Shown: piece after piece, positions 14,733-23,639 of the stretch | Position numbering within the stretch: the first letter of the stretch is position 1 | Layout of the letters: each line of letters begins with the position of its first letter | Source of the DNA: a bacterium | GTDB taxonomy: Bacteria; Patescibacteriota; Patescibacteriia; 2-12-FULL-60-25 | Assembly (NCBI GenBank): GCA_020056125.1 | Contig: JAGVIJ010000066.1 | Location: forward strand, 1 to 32,141 | Direction of reading: 5' to 3' | DNA: 32,141 nucleotides | Made by a program: the position numbers and the translations under genes | Notes under the pieces: generated by a model | The model's input: only the letters and a program-made list of their open reading frames with translations | Told to the model about the DNA's origin: nothing | Databases searched by the model: none

Positions 14733-17486
14733 ATGAACTTTTCCCGTTTTATAAAACGGCTGGTTAATTGCGGACTTGTCTCCAGCACTTTAATCCTGTC
14801 GCCTCTGCCGACATTACCTTTTAACATACCTGAAGCGCGAGCCGCCTCGCCCATTGCCATCGGCGAAGTGGCCTGGGCCGGGTCTGCCTTATCCGACGCT
14901 GACGAATGGTTGGAGATTTGGAATCTCGGCGACCAAAATATATCTCTCGCCGGTTACGCTCTGACCGGAGCCAACAAACAACCCATTTATTTTCCTGATG
15001 ACGCCGCCCTCCCGGCGCAAGGAGCGTACCTGGTAGCCAACTATGCGAGCGACAATGAAAAAAGCACGCTAGCTGTGGAGCCTCAACTGGTTACCTCCAC
15101 TCTCTCCTTATCTAATACCGCGCTCCGCCTCGCACTCCTCGACCCCAATGGCGTTGAGATAGATGTGGCGGGCGATGGAGCTGCTCCGTTAGCCGGACAT
15201 TCAGGCGACATCAAAGCCAGCATGTTCCGCAACGGCGATGCTTGGGCTACTTCCACTGCATCTTTTAATTTTGATCCGGCTGCGTCTGAATCAGGGACTC
15301 CGGGTCTCGTGGACTACTTCTTGCCTGCACCGAAAAATTCAGAGCCACTACCCGTGGAGGTTGTGTTGCCCGTAGAAGAACCTCCGGTTGAATCAGCTAG
15401 CTCCACGGTTGAATCAGTCCCGAGCTCCGAACCTCAAGCGCCTTATAATCTGGTGAGATTAAACGAGCTCATGCCTGATCCGGATGGAGAGTCTGAATGG
15501 ATTGAGGTGGCCACCTTGGATCCGAGTATCGCTGTCTCATTAGACGGAATGCAGATCCATGATGCGGTAGGGAAAATTTATACTTTCACCACCGGCACGC
15601 TGGATGTAGCCACTCCTTTTGTCCGCGTGTCTCTTACCTCCGCACGCCTGAACAATGGCGGCGACACCGTGAGTCTACGCGATCCGGCTGGAAACTTAGT
15701 GGATGAATTCGTGTATGCCGATTCAGAAAAAAATCAAACCTGGTCGCGCTATCCGGACATAACCGGAGACTGGTCGCTGACCGAAGCCACGCCTGACGCA
15801 GCCAACTTGCCACCCGGCACTATAGTTGAAGTCACGCCCGAAGTTATAGTCGCTGAAGAGGTCGCGGTTAGTTCAACTGCCAACGTTTCAGAAGTTGCCG
15901 CGTCCACATCCACCGAACAAACATCTAATGAATCTCAACCGCGCTTTGATTTAGTTAAACTAAATGAAATCATGGCCAACCCGGATGGCGAGTCCGAGTG
16001 GATTGAAGTGGTCACCTTGGATTCAAACATCGCCGTCCCATTAGACGGACTGCAAATCCATGATGCTGTGGGAAAAATCTACACCTTCTCCACCGGCACA
16101 TTGGATGTGGCCACTCCTTTTGCTCGCGTGTTCCTCTCATCCGCGCGCCTGAATAATGGTGGCGACACCGTGAGCCTGCGTGATTCAAATGGAAACTTAC
16201 TCGACGAATTGATTTATGACGGATCAGAAAAAAATCAATCCTGGTCGCGCTACCCGGATAAAACCGGCAGTTGGTCACTGACCGAAGCCACGCCTGACGC
16301 GTCCAACTTGCCGGCGGGCACCGTGACCGAAGTTGTTCCAGAGGTTGCAGCTACATCAACTGCGATCGTCGCCGAGACAACAACCTCCACCGTGGTTGCG
16401 GAAACCGCCACGCCCGCACCGACTTCATCTTCTTCACCGGTCGTGCCGGCCTCGTCTTCTACGCCAACCGTACCGGCTGCATCCACCGCACCGGTTACAA
16501 CAACCGTGCCGTCTGCGCCATCCTCATCATCTGTACCGGTCGTGCCAGTCGCCCCGTCCACGGCCACGGTTGCCACACCCAAAGCCACTACCGTGAAAAC
16601 TCCAGCGGCTCCCAACACCACAACCGCAGAAACCAAAAAAATTGGCACCACAAGTACTGCTACAAAATCCACTACCACCAAAACCACTACCCCAAAAACC
16701 ACCACGGCCAAAACCACTACCGTTAAAACTTCCGCCGCTCAAAATCTACCTATTCCTATCACCATGGATATGACACATGTCGAAGATAACGCGGGCATCC
16801 GCGTCTCACTCACCGGCATCATCGGATCGCAACCCGGATTAATGACCGGCCACCGATTCATTCTGCTCTCACCTGAAGGCCGCGGACTTTTAATCAAAGT
16901 TCCGACCGCTCTCAAATTGCCTGATGCCGGACAAACCATCGAAGTCACGGGCAAACTCTCGTTCGACGATTTAGGCGCTCCCTCGCTCAGCTTCGGCAAA
17001 ACCGATGGCTGGCAAAAAACCGAGAATCAAAATTCAACCGTCGCACTGCGCAACGTCAACCTGGCCGCACCCTCGATGGAAGACGCTTGGAGCTTAGTCA
17101 GTACCCAGGGCACCGTAGTTTCGGTTCGCACCAGTACCTTTACCCTGGCGTTAAACTCCGGAGAGATTGATGTGGCCATCCGCAAAGTGGTGGACTATCG
17201 CACCTCGCGCATTTCCGTGGGCGACGTGATGCAAATCACCGGCCTCTTGGACATGTCCCAAGACGTTCCGCGGATCATTCCGCGCAGCGCCGATGAAATC
17301 ACGCTCATCAAACACGCTGAAATCGTCCAACCCGCCGCAACAAAACCCACGCTACCCGGCTGGACACCGTTTGGAGCCGCAGGCTTGGCCGTGGCCGGAA
17401 CCGAAGGAGTCAAACGATTCCGCTTGTTTCGCCGCCGCCGCAATTTGGAAAAAGTTCTGGAAACTGATATAAATGGTAAGGTATGA
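14733..17486 (+). CDS. Secreted lamin-tail-domain (LTD) repeat protein with a Pro/Thr/Ser linker, OB-fold-like C-terminal region and a basic tail
   Basis: Signal-peptide-like N-terminus. Three LTD-type modules are present (IGEVAWAGS..DEWLEIWNLG; twice LNE(L/I)M..PDGESEWIEV...NNGGDTVSLRD). A linker of about 130 aa is rich in T/P/S/A/V. The C-terminus is PGWTPFGAAGLAVAG followed by KRFRLFRRRRN. Confidence 0.8.
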   Translation: MNFSRFIKRLVNCGLVSSTLILSPLPTLPFNIPEARAASPIAIGEVAWAGSALSDADEWLEIWNLGDQNISLAGYALTGANKQPIYFPDDAALPAQGAYLVANYASDNEKSTLAVEPQLVTSTLSLSNTALRLALLDPNGVEIDVAGDGAAPLAGHSGDIKASMFRNGDAWATSTASFNFDPAASESGTPGLVDYFLPAPKNSEPLPVEVVLPVEEPPVESASSTVESVPSSEPQAPYNLVRLNELMPDPDGESEWIEVATLDPSIAVSLDGMQIHDAVGKIYTFTTGTLDVATPFVRVSLTSARLNNGGDTVSLRDPAGNLVDEFVYADSEKNQTWSRYPDITGDWSLTEATPDAANLPPGTIVEVTPEVIVAEEVAVSSTANVSEVAASTSTEQTSNESQPRFDLVKLNEIMANPDGESEWIEVVTLDSNIAVPLDGLQIHDAVGKIYTFSTGTLDVATPFARVFLSSARLNNGGDTVSLRDSNGNLLDELIYDGSEKNQSWSRYPDKTGSWSLTEATPDASNLPAGTVTEVVPEVAATSTAIVAETTTSTVVAETATPAPTSSSSPVVPASSSTPTVPAASTAPVTTTVPSAPSSSSVPVVPVAPSTATVATPKATTVKTPAAPNTTTAETKKIGTTSTATKSTTTKTTTPKTTTAKTTTVKTSAAQNLPIPITMDMTHVEDNAGIRVSLTGIIGSQPGLMTGHRFILLSPEGRGLLIKVPTALKLPDAGQTIEVTGKLSFDDLGAPSLSFGKTDGWQKTENQNSTVALRNVNLAAPSMEDAWSLVSTQGTVVSVRTSTFTLALNSGEIDVAIRKVVDYRTSRISVGDVMQITGLLDMSQDVPRIIPRSADEITLIKHAEIVQPAATKPTLPGWTPFGAAGLAVAGTEGVKRFRLFRRRRNLEKVLETDINGKV
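15438..16345. repeat. Tandem duplication (period 501 nt) of an LTD module inside the surface-protein gene
   Basis: ccggatggagagtctgaatggattgaggtgg at about 15481 recurs as ccggatggcgagtccgagtggattgaagtgg at about 15982. The protein copies look mostly identical by eye across the roughly 135-aa LTD module. Confidence 0.85.
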
Positions 17487-17932
17487 AAAAGATCATTCTA
17501 GCCTCAATAGCATGTGCACTCTTGGGTGCAGGATGCGGAGATAAAATCGTTTCACCTCTCTGCACTTCTGAACCGGAAACCAGCGACATCGGTTCGCTGA
17601 TGTATCCCACGGATTCCAAATACGAAAAACTTGGCTATCTGGGTCAGATCTTCACGGCCTTGGACTGCAAGGATTCAGAACGCGCAAAAAAAATCTTTGG
17701 GTTCCAAGGAGAAAGCTATGCGGCTGGAGTAACTCTCACCTGGAAAGCTGATGAGCCGTCAGCCAACGTGCAAGCCATCTTATCTACATTAGGCTTTGCT
17801 AAAACCACTGATGGCGTCTGGCAAACAAACAAGCCTCTGACGCTCGATGCGCTGGAAAAATTGCGCCAACTCTTCCAAGATCCCGCTGAACTAGACAGTC
17901 TGCAGTCCGCTGATTGCATCAACTGCGGATAA
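17483..17932 (+). CDS. Hypothetical lipoprotein
   Basis: Lipobox in MKKIILASIACALLGAGCGD. Its ATG overlaps the TGA of the LTD gene (ATGA). Confidence 0.7.
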   Translation: MKKIILASIACALLGAGCGDKIVSPLCTSEPETSDIGSLMYPTDSKYEKLGYLGQIFTALDCKDSERAKKIFGFQGESYAAGVTLTWKADEPSANVQAILSTLGFAKTTDGVWQTNKPLTLDALEKLRQLFQDPAELDSLQSADCINCG

Positions 17933-17972
17933 GAGTGTCGACGTAATGAAAATGTGCTAAAGTTAAAATGAT

Positions 17973-18533
17973 ATGCGAAAAGAACCCACGCTGTATGACG
18001 TAATAGATGTCATACAAACCACATCAGAAAAAATCGATACGCGATTCGACGAGACTAATTCCAAAATTAATGGTTTAGAAAAGTCACTCACCTCAAAAAT
18101 TGGATCGTTGGATTCAAAGATTGATGGGGTTGAGAAATCGCTTAACGTCAAAATTGACAGCGTCGCTAAAGACACCCATCAACGCATAGACGACGTTATT
18201 GAGATAATGAATGTTTTCGCCTCTAACGTGGATCAACGATTCGAAAAAGTAGATCAGCGATTCGATACGGTGGATCAACGATTCGAAAAAGTAGATCAGC
18301 GATTCGATACGGTGGATCAACGATTCGAAAAAGTAGATCAGCGATTCGACACGATGGTCACTAAAAATTACCTGGACAACACTATATCGGATCTGCGTGC
18401 AGATCTGGTGCTCTTAACCAGAAAGGGAAATTTTAAATTCTCGGTGCTGGTTGAGGATTTGGTTGAGACAGGTTCGCTCTCGCGCAAAGCCGCCAAACAA
18501 ATTCTGGCTCTCGAACCCTTTCCGCAAAAATAA
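17973..18533 (+). CDS. Coiled-coil repeat protein (DxRF-type heptad-like repeats)
   Basis: Repetitive KIDTRFDE..KINGLEKSL..KIGSLDSKIDGVEKSL.. followed by three copies of VDQRFEKVDQRFDT. No catalytic motif is seen. Confidence 0.65.
   Translation: MRKEPTLYDVIDVIQTTSEKIDTRFDETNSKINGLEKSLTSKIGSLDSKIDGVEKSLNVKIDSVAKDTHQRIDDVIEIMNVFASNVDQRFEKVDQRFDTVDQRFEKVDQRFDTVDQRFEKVDQRFDTMVTKNYLDNTISDLRADLVLLTRKGNFKFSVLVEDLVETGSLSRKAAKQILALEPFPQK
18228..18353. repeat. Tandem 42-nt repeat x3 (gtggatcaacgattcgaaaaagtagatcagcgattcgatacg)
   Basis: Units lie at 18228-18269, 18270-18311 and 18312-18353. The third unit has one substitution. Confidence 0.9.
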
Positions 18534-18557
18534 AATAGTCCAATTCCCCCCCATACA

Positions 18558-18592
18558 TAAAAATCCTCCTGACATTTGTCCGGAGGATTTTT
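18558..18592 (+). terminator. Rho-independent terminator
   Basis: aaatcctcc (18561-18569) pairs with ggaggattt (18582-18590), followed by a T-run. Confidence 0.7.
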
Positions 18593-18660
18593 CGGAATAG
18601 TGCGACCGAAATTCTTGATATTTATAATTCTTTCTGATAGTCTCTTGGGCAACGGTATCT

Positions 18661-18735
18661 GCGGGTATCGTATAGCGGTTATTATGCCACCTTGCCAAGG
18701 TGGAGAGGGGGGTTCAATTCCCCCTACCCGCTCCA
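18661..18735 (+). tRNA. tRNA-Gly(GCC)
   Basis: Acceptor gcgggta/tacccgc, anticodon arm ccacc-ttGCCaa-ggtgg, T-arm gggg-ttcaatt-cccc, and an encoded CCA. Confidence 0.9.
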
Positions 18736-18738
18736 TAG

Positions 18739-18767
18739 AAAACGTCCTCGTGAAACGAGGACGTTTT
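18739..18767 (+). terminator. Rho-independent terminator after tRNA-Gly
   Basis: A perfect 12-bp stem pairs aaaacgtcctcg with cgaggacgtttt across a 5-nt loop. Confidence 0.8.
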
Positions 18768-18800
18768 GGCATCTTGGTTTCGTGTTATCATATCCCAAGT

Positions 18801-20567
18801 ATGACCAAAATACGCAACGCGCAAGAGCTGGAAAAAATCTTTCTGGAATACGCTTATTACTACGCGGCTCAGGGCGTGCCTTTTAAGCCGCGCGCTTATG
18901 AACTGGCTTCAGAGGCCATGTCCGCTCTGGGCAATGAGGTCAAAGAAGTTTGGGTACAAGGCGGCATCAAAGAGCTCAAAAATCTCCCGGGCATCGGCCA
19001 ATCCACAGCCGAAAAAATTGACGAGTACTTCCGCACGGGCAAAGTCGCGGAATACGAAAAAATTAAAAAAGAATTTCCGGTTGATATTTGGGGACTCTCC
19101 CGCATCGAAGGTCTAGGTCCAAAACATATCGCTGAGCTCTATCAGCACTTGAAGGTAAAAAACATGGCTGATCTCAAAGCCGCGCTCAAGGCTCATAAAC
19201 TGCAAACCATTCCGCGCTGGGGCGAAAAAAGCGAAGAGAAAATTTTGCGCAGCCTGAGCATGTTGGAGCAATCCGCCGGACGCAAACTTTTAGGTTACGC
19301 TTTGCCCCTAGCTGAAGATATCGTGGAACGCATTTCGCAAGTCAAAGGCGTTAAGCGCTGCGTGTACGCCGGCTCTTTGCGCCGTCGCCAAGAAACCATC
19401 GGCGATGTGGATCTGTTTGCCACAACCAGCAACCCGCCAGCTGTCATGGATGCGTTTGTGAAAATGCCACAGGTGGCTAGCGTGCATGAGCAAGGCCGTA
19501 CCCGCGCTTCGGTGCGACTCACAAACGGCATGGACGCTGATTTGCGCGTGGTTCCGGACAAAGTTTTCGGCGCCACGCTCCAATATTTCACGGGCAACAA
19601 ACGTCACAATGTTTTGCTCCGGCAATATGCTCTATCCAAAGGCTACACCTTGAGTGAATACGGATTATTTCGGCTGGCTAAAAAAGGCAGTAAGAAAAAA
19701 GGAGAGCTTGTGGCCTGTGAAACTGAAGAGGAAATCTATGAGCGCCTGGGCATGGATACTCCGCCGCCTGAATTGCGCGTGGGTGAAGATGAAATTGAGG
19801 CCGCGCTCAAACATCAACTCCCCAATCTCATTCCGTATGGTTCAGTCAAAGGCGACCTGCAAGTGCAAAGCGATTGGACCGATGGTTCAGCGTCCATCGA
19901 AGACATGGCGCGCGCGACCCAAGCGCTCGGCCTCTCCTACATGGCCGTAACCGATCACACCAAAGCCCTGGCATTTTTAGGCGGACTCAATGATTCAAAG
20001 GTGATCAAGCAAGGCAAAGAGATTGACCGGCTGAATAAAAAATTGCACGGCTTTAAAATTTTAAAAGGTACTGAATGCGATATCAAAAAAGATGGCACAC
20101 TAGACCTAACGGATAAAACCTTGGCCAAGTTAGACTGGGTGGGCGTGTCAGTCCACTCCAGTTTTAAACTATCTCGTGCCGAACAGACCGCGCGCTTGCT
20201 CAAGGCGCTGGCTAATCCAAATGTGGATTGTTTATTCCACCCCACTTGCCGCATCATCGGTAAACGCGAACCCATTGATTTTGACCTGGACGAAATCCTA
20301 GCGGCCGCTAAAAAATATCAGGTCGCGCTGGAAATTGACGCTTTTCCGGATCGCTCGGATTTGCGCGATGTGCATGTGCGCGCCGCCATCCGCGCCGGAG
20401 TGAAAATCGTGATTGATACGGACGCGCACAGTCCGGAACACCTAAAATTTATTCCTCTGGGCGAGGCCATTGCGCGCCGCGGCTGGGCCACCAAAGCCGA
20501 TGTTCTAAACACCAAATCCGTGAGCGACCTACTCGCCTATCTTGCTAAAAAGAAAAAAATGCGCTAA
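18801..20567 (+). CDS. polX: DNA polymerase/3'-5' exonuclease PolX (family X polymerase with PHP domain)
   Basis: HhH motifs (LPGIGQSTAEKI, IEGLGPKHI), Pol-beta nucleotidyltransferase motif GSLRRRQETIGDVDL, and C-terminal PHP motifs (AVTDHT, SVHSSF, DTDAH). The start is at the ATG at 18801. The ORF-track ORF from 18576 reads through tRNA-Gly. Confidence 0.9.
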   Translation: MTKIRNAQELEKIFLEYAYYYAAQGVPFKPRAYELASEAMSALGNEVKEVWVQGGIKELKNLPGIGQSTAEKIDEYFRTGKVAEYEKIKKEFPVDIWGLSRIEGLGPKHIAELYQHLKVKNMADLKAALKAHKLQTIPRWGEKSEEKILRSLSMLEQSAGRKLLGYALPLAEDIVERISQVKGVKRCVYAGSLRRRQETIGDVDLFATTSNPPAVMDAFVKMPQVASVHEQGRTRASVRLTNGMDADLRVVPDKVFGATLQYFTGNKRHNVLLRQYALSKGYTLSEYGLFRLAKKGSKKKGELVACETEEEIYERLGMDTPPPELRVGEDEIEAALKHQLPNLIPYGSVKGDLQVQSDWTDGSASIEDMARATQALGLSYMAVTDHTKALAFLGGLNDSKVIKQGKEIDRLNKKLHGFKILKGTECDIKKDGTLDLTDKTLAKLDWVGVSVHSSFKLSRAEQTARLLKALANPNVDCLFHPTCRIIGKREPIDFDLDEILAAAKKYQVALEIDAFPDRSDLRDVHVRAAIRAGVKIVIDTDAHSPEHLKFIPLGEAIARRGWATKADVLNTKSVSDLLAYLAKKKKMR

Positions 20568-20602
20568 TTTACTGCTGCTGTTCCGATTAAAAGATCAAAC
20601 AT

Positions 20603-20687
20603 GCCCGGGTGGTGGAACTGGTATACACGCATGACTTAAAATCATGTGCCACACGGCATGCGGGTTCGATTCCCGCCCCGGGCACCA
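20603..20687 (+). tRNA. tRNA-Leu(UAA)
   Basis: Acceptor gcccggg/cccgggc, anticodon arm catga-ctTAAaa-tcatg, a long variable arm, T-arm gcggg-ttcgatt-cccgc, and an encoded CCA. Confidence 0.9.
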
Positions 20688-20691
20688 AATA

Positions 20692-20720
20692 AAAAGACTT
20701 GCTGTAAGCGAGTCTTTTTA
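20692..20720 (+). terminator. Rho-independent terminator after tRNA-Leu
   Basis: aaaagacttgc pairs with gcgagtctttt (one G-T pair), followed by a T-run. Confidence 0.7.
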
Positions 20721-20775
20721 TGTAGTATCCTGCTAGGTGGCGGCTCCTAAGAGATATCAAAATAACCAAAATTTT

Positions 20776-22299
20776 ATGGAAACACAGAATTTCTCATCTA
20801 ATCCCTTGGCCAAGGCTGGATTGATCGCCGGAGTATCCTTGGTTTTAGGCGCGCTGTTTGATTATTTCTTCTACGAAAAAATCCCGGGTCTGGCTCTTCC
20901 GCTTTATGTAATTTTGATCGTAGCCGGGCTTTTTGCTCTGGCCCACATCTTTAAAAAACGAATCAATAAAGAAGTTTTCTGGCTCTTGCTCCCGCTGTTT
21001 TTTTTCAGCGCCATGATCTTTGTTCGTTCGAGCGATCTGCTTAGCCTCCTTAATGCGGCCGCTTCTTTTTTGCTCCTGCTCGTCATCGCCGAAATATCCT
21101 TCGGTAAAAAGATAAAAAACTTTTGGCTGGCAGATTATGTAAAAATATTTTTCTTGCTCTTTAAATTTATCCGCCCCCTGTTTCAAACCTTGTCCGACTT
21201 CTTTGTGCCGCGTGAATTTAATAAGAACCGAAAAACTTTATCCCAAATAATAAAAGGCGCGATCCTGGCCATCCCCGTCTTATGCGTCTTCTTATTGCTG
21301 TTCTCCTCGGCGGATTTAATTTTCCAAAAATATCTATCGAGTTTCATCGCCTTTAATGTTGAAGAAACCGTGGTGCAAGCTATTCTGATTTTAATCATCA
21401 CGCTTCTTTTGATCGGCGCTTTTGCCTACATCTTCCGCAAAATCGAGGATCGGACAGTCGTGCCAAAAGATAAAATTTACAGCCTTGGACATATAGAAAA
21501 TTCCATTCTGCTCGGTTCAGTTAATACTCTGTTTCTAGTTTTTATTCTCGTCCAACTAACCTATCTTTTTGGCGGCGAAAGCAATATTTCCGCTCAAGGT
21601 TTTACCTATGCTGACTATGCTCGCCGCGGTTTCTTTGAGCTCATAGCCGTGGCTGTCACCGCTTTATTGTTACTGCTCGCGACTGAAAAATATATTGCCA
21701 AAAAAGAAGCGGGACACGCGCTTGGATTTAAAATCTTAAGCACCGCCTTAGTGGTCCAAACGGTTGTCATCATGGTCTCCGCCCTTACCCGCCTGGCGCT
21801 ATATGAAGAAGCTTATGGTTTTACCACGCAACGATTGTATAGCCACACCTTTATTTTTTTGCTGGCCGCCATTTTTGGTTTATTGCTCTTTAAAATCTAT
21901 CGGGACAAAAAAGAAAATGCCTTTGCCCTCCGAGCTTTTATTGCGATCATTTTATTTTTGGTGGGGATGAACCTCCTTAATCCCGATGCTTTTATCGCGC
22001 GCCAAAATATTGCACGCTTCGCCACCACGGGCCAGCTCGATGTCTATTATTTAAGCCATCTCTCTGACGACGCACTGCTTGATACCATAAAAATCTTGAA
22101 TATCGCCAATGATGATCTGCGTAAAAGTTTCGCCCAAAATCTATATCAACGCGCACAGCCCTCACCCGATGCCGCGCTCCTCTCGGGCTGGCAGCCTTTG
22201 AACCTCTCGCGCCTGCGAGCTAAAAAAATCCTTGATGCAAACATCAAAGGGCTAGAACCCTCCGAACCGCAGGGAGATTTTCAAGTAATAATTAATTAG
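20776..22299 (+). CDS. Multi-pass membrane protein, DUF4153/DUF4173-like
   Basis: About 12 predicted TM segments and a C-terminal soluble tail with ...DVYYLSHLSDDALLDTIKIL, reminiscent of DUF4153. The start is at the ATG at 20776 (METQNF). Confidence 0.55.
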   Translation: METQNFSSNPLAKAGLIAGVSLVLGALFDYFFYEKIPGLALPLYVILIVAGLFALAHIFKKRINKEVFWLLLPLFFFSAMIFVRSSDLLSLLNAAASFLLLLVIAEISFGKKIKNFWLADYVKIFFLLFKFIRPLFQTLSDFFVPREFNKNRKTLSQIIKGAILAIPVLCVFLLLFSSADLIFQKYLSSFIAFNVEETVVQAILILIITLLLIGAFAYIFRKIEDRTVVPKDKIYSLGHIENSILLGSVNTLFLVFILVQLTYLFGGESNISAQGFTYADYARRGFFELIAVAVTALLLLLATEKYIAKKEAGHALGFKILSTALVVQTVVIMVSALTRLALYEEAYGFTTQRLYSHTFIFLLAAIFGLLLFKIYRDKKENAFALRAFIAIILFLVGMNLLNPDAFIARQNIARFATTGQLDVYYLSHLSDDALLDTIKILNIANDDLRKSFAQNLYQRAQPSPDAALLSGWQPLNLSRLRAKKILDANIKGLEPSEPQGDFQVIIN

Positions 22300-22300
22300 A

Positions 22301-23551
22301 TCATCCTTTTCCCCAATACTTTTTCCCTTTCATCTCCGGCGGGAGGTAGTCTTGAGCCACGAGCTTTTCGTAATCCGGATTGTATTTATAATCTTTGCCA
22401 TAACCCCACTCCTTCATCAATTTGGTGGGCGCGTTTCTAAGATGCAACGGCACAGAATAAAGCGGCAGTGAATGAGTATCCTCGCGCGCTTGGCCATAAG
22501 CCACATACAGCGCGTTTGATTTGGGCGCTTTGGCGCAATACACCACAGCTTGCGCCAGCATCACATCGCATTCGGGCATGCCGATTTTTTCGCAAGCCTG
22601 CATGGCGGTCATGGTCTGAACCAGCGCTTGCGGATCAGCCAACCCAATATCTTCGGACGCAAACCGCACCACGCGCCGCGCCACATACTTGGGATCTTCC
22701 CCTGACTCCAGGATACGCGCCAGCCAATACAAACTCGCGTTCGGATCTGACCCGCGCATGGATTTGTGCAAAGCGGAAATTAAATTGTAATGCTCCTCGC
22801 CTTCCTTATCATAAAGAAGATGCGTGCGTTGCAGAGCGGCGGAAATATCCTCTTTGGTAATTTGAGTTGAGGTGATTCCTTTCACTGCCATGTCCAGCGC
22901 ATTCAAAGCCACGCGCGCATCCCCATTCGCCGCGTCAGCGAGAAAGATCAGCGCTTCAGAGGTCGCGCCAATTCCCTTTCCGCCCAATCCGCGTTCCGCA
23001 TCAGCCAGCGCGCGCTCCAAAATCCGCCGCACATCCTCGCTCGCCAGCGTCTTCAAAATAAAAACCTTGGCGCGCGACAGCAAAGCCGCGTTCACGGAGA
23101 ATGACGGGTTCTCGGTGGTGGCGCCGATGAGAATAATATTGCCGCGCTCCACATGCGGCAGGAGCGCATCTTGTTGCGCTTTGTTCCAACGATGAATTTC
23201 ATCCAAAAAAAGTATGGTGCGCTGATTTTGAAAATTCCGCCGCGCTTCCGCATCCACCAAAACCTTGCGCAATTCAACTAACCCGCCCGTGACTGCAGAG
23301 AATTGCACAAACCGCGCGCGCGTCTTTTGCGCCATGATGTGCGCCAGCGAAGTTTTGCCCGAACCCGGCGGGCCCCACAAGATCATGGACGGGATCTGAT
23401 CCGCCTCAATCAAGCGCTTTAACAAACTCTCCGCTCCTACTGATTCTTCCTGCCCCACGAAATCCTCAAACGACCGCGGCCGCATGCGATCAGCCAGCGG
23501 CGCTTGCTCTTGCTGTTGTTTATCCGCCAAGCCGGAAAATAAATTATCCAT
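22301..23551 (-). CDS. rarA: Replication-associated recombination protein A (AAA+ ATPase MgsA/RarA)
   Basis: LADRMRPRSFEDFVGQE, Walker A GPPGSGKTS, Walker B LFLDEIHRWNK, and the C-terminal MgsA domain HYNLISALHKSMRGSDPNASLYWLARIL. Confidence 0.93.
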   Translation of the reverse strand: MDNLFSGLADKQQQEQAPLADRMRPRSFEDFVGQEESVGAESLLKRLIEADQIPSMILWGPPGSGKTSLAHIMAQKTRARFVQFSAVTGGLVELRKVLVDAEARRNFQNQRTILFLDEIHRWNKAQQDALLPHVERGNIILIGATTENPSFSVNAALLSRAKVFILKTLASEDVRRILERALADAERGLGGKGIGATSEALIFLADAANGDARVALNALDMAVKGITSTQITKEDISAALQRTHLLYDKEGEEHYNLISALHKSMRGSDPNASLYWLARILESGEDPKYVARRVVRFASEDIGLADPQALVQTMTAMQACEKIGMPECDVMLAQAVVYCAKAPKSNALYVAYGQAREDTHSLPLYSVPLHLRNAPTKLMKEWGYGKDYKYNPDYEKLVAQDYLPPEMKGKKYWGKG

Positions 23552-23639
23552 GATTTCATCTTAACACCAAATCACCTCCGGCCAAAAAGGCCGAACGAAC
23601 AGATTCGACTTTCAAAATTCTTTGGGTTAATATCTAACC

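Noticed and set aside
15438-16345. Possible DGR template/variable repeat pair, given the Avd-like four-helix-bundle gene in the window.
   Set aside because: Differences between the two copies include all substitution types rather than adenine-specific changes. The copies are about 400 nt coding modules in tandem, and no reverse transcriptase ORF is present.
16250-16742. The 155-aa and 71-aa minus-strand ORFs inside the LTD gene.
   Set aside because: They are antisense to the Pro/Thr/Ser linker. Their low-complexity Val/Gly/Ala translation is a by-product of the repeat composition.
18576-18800. The N-terminal extension of the 663-aa ORF-track ORF (18576-20567).
   Set aside because: The extension reads straight through tRNA-Gly(GCC) and its terminator. 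The PolX homology begins at the ATG at 18801 (MTKIRNAQELEKIF). The minus-strand ORFs 18368-18772 and 18414-18698 overlap the same tRNA and are likewise spurious.
20587-20769. A 60-aa minus-strand ORF.
   Set aside because: It overlaps tRNA-Leu(UAA) and its terminator, so it is an artefact of ORF calling.
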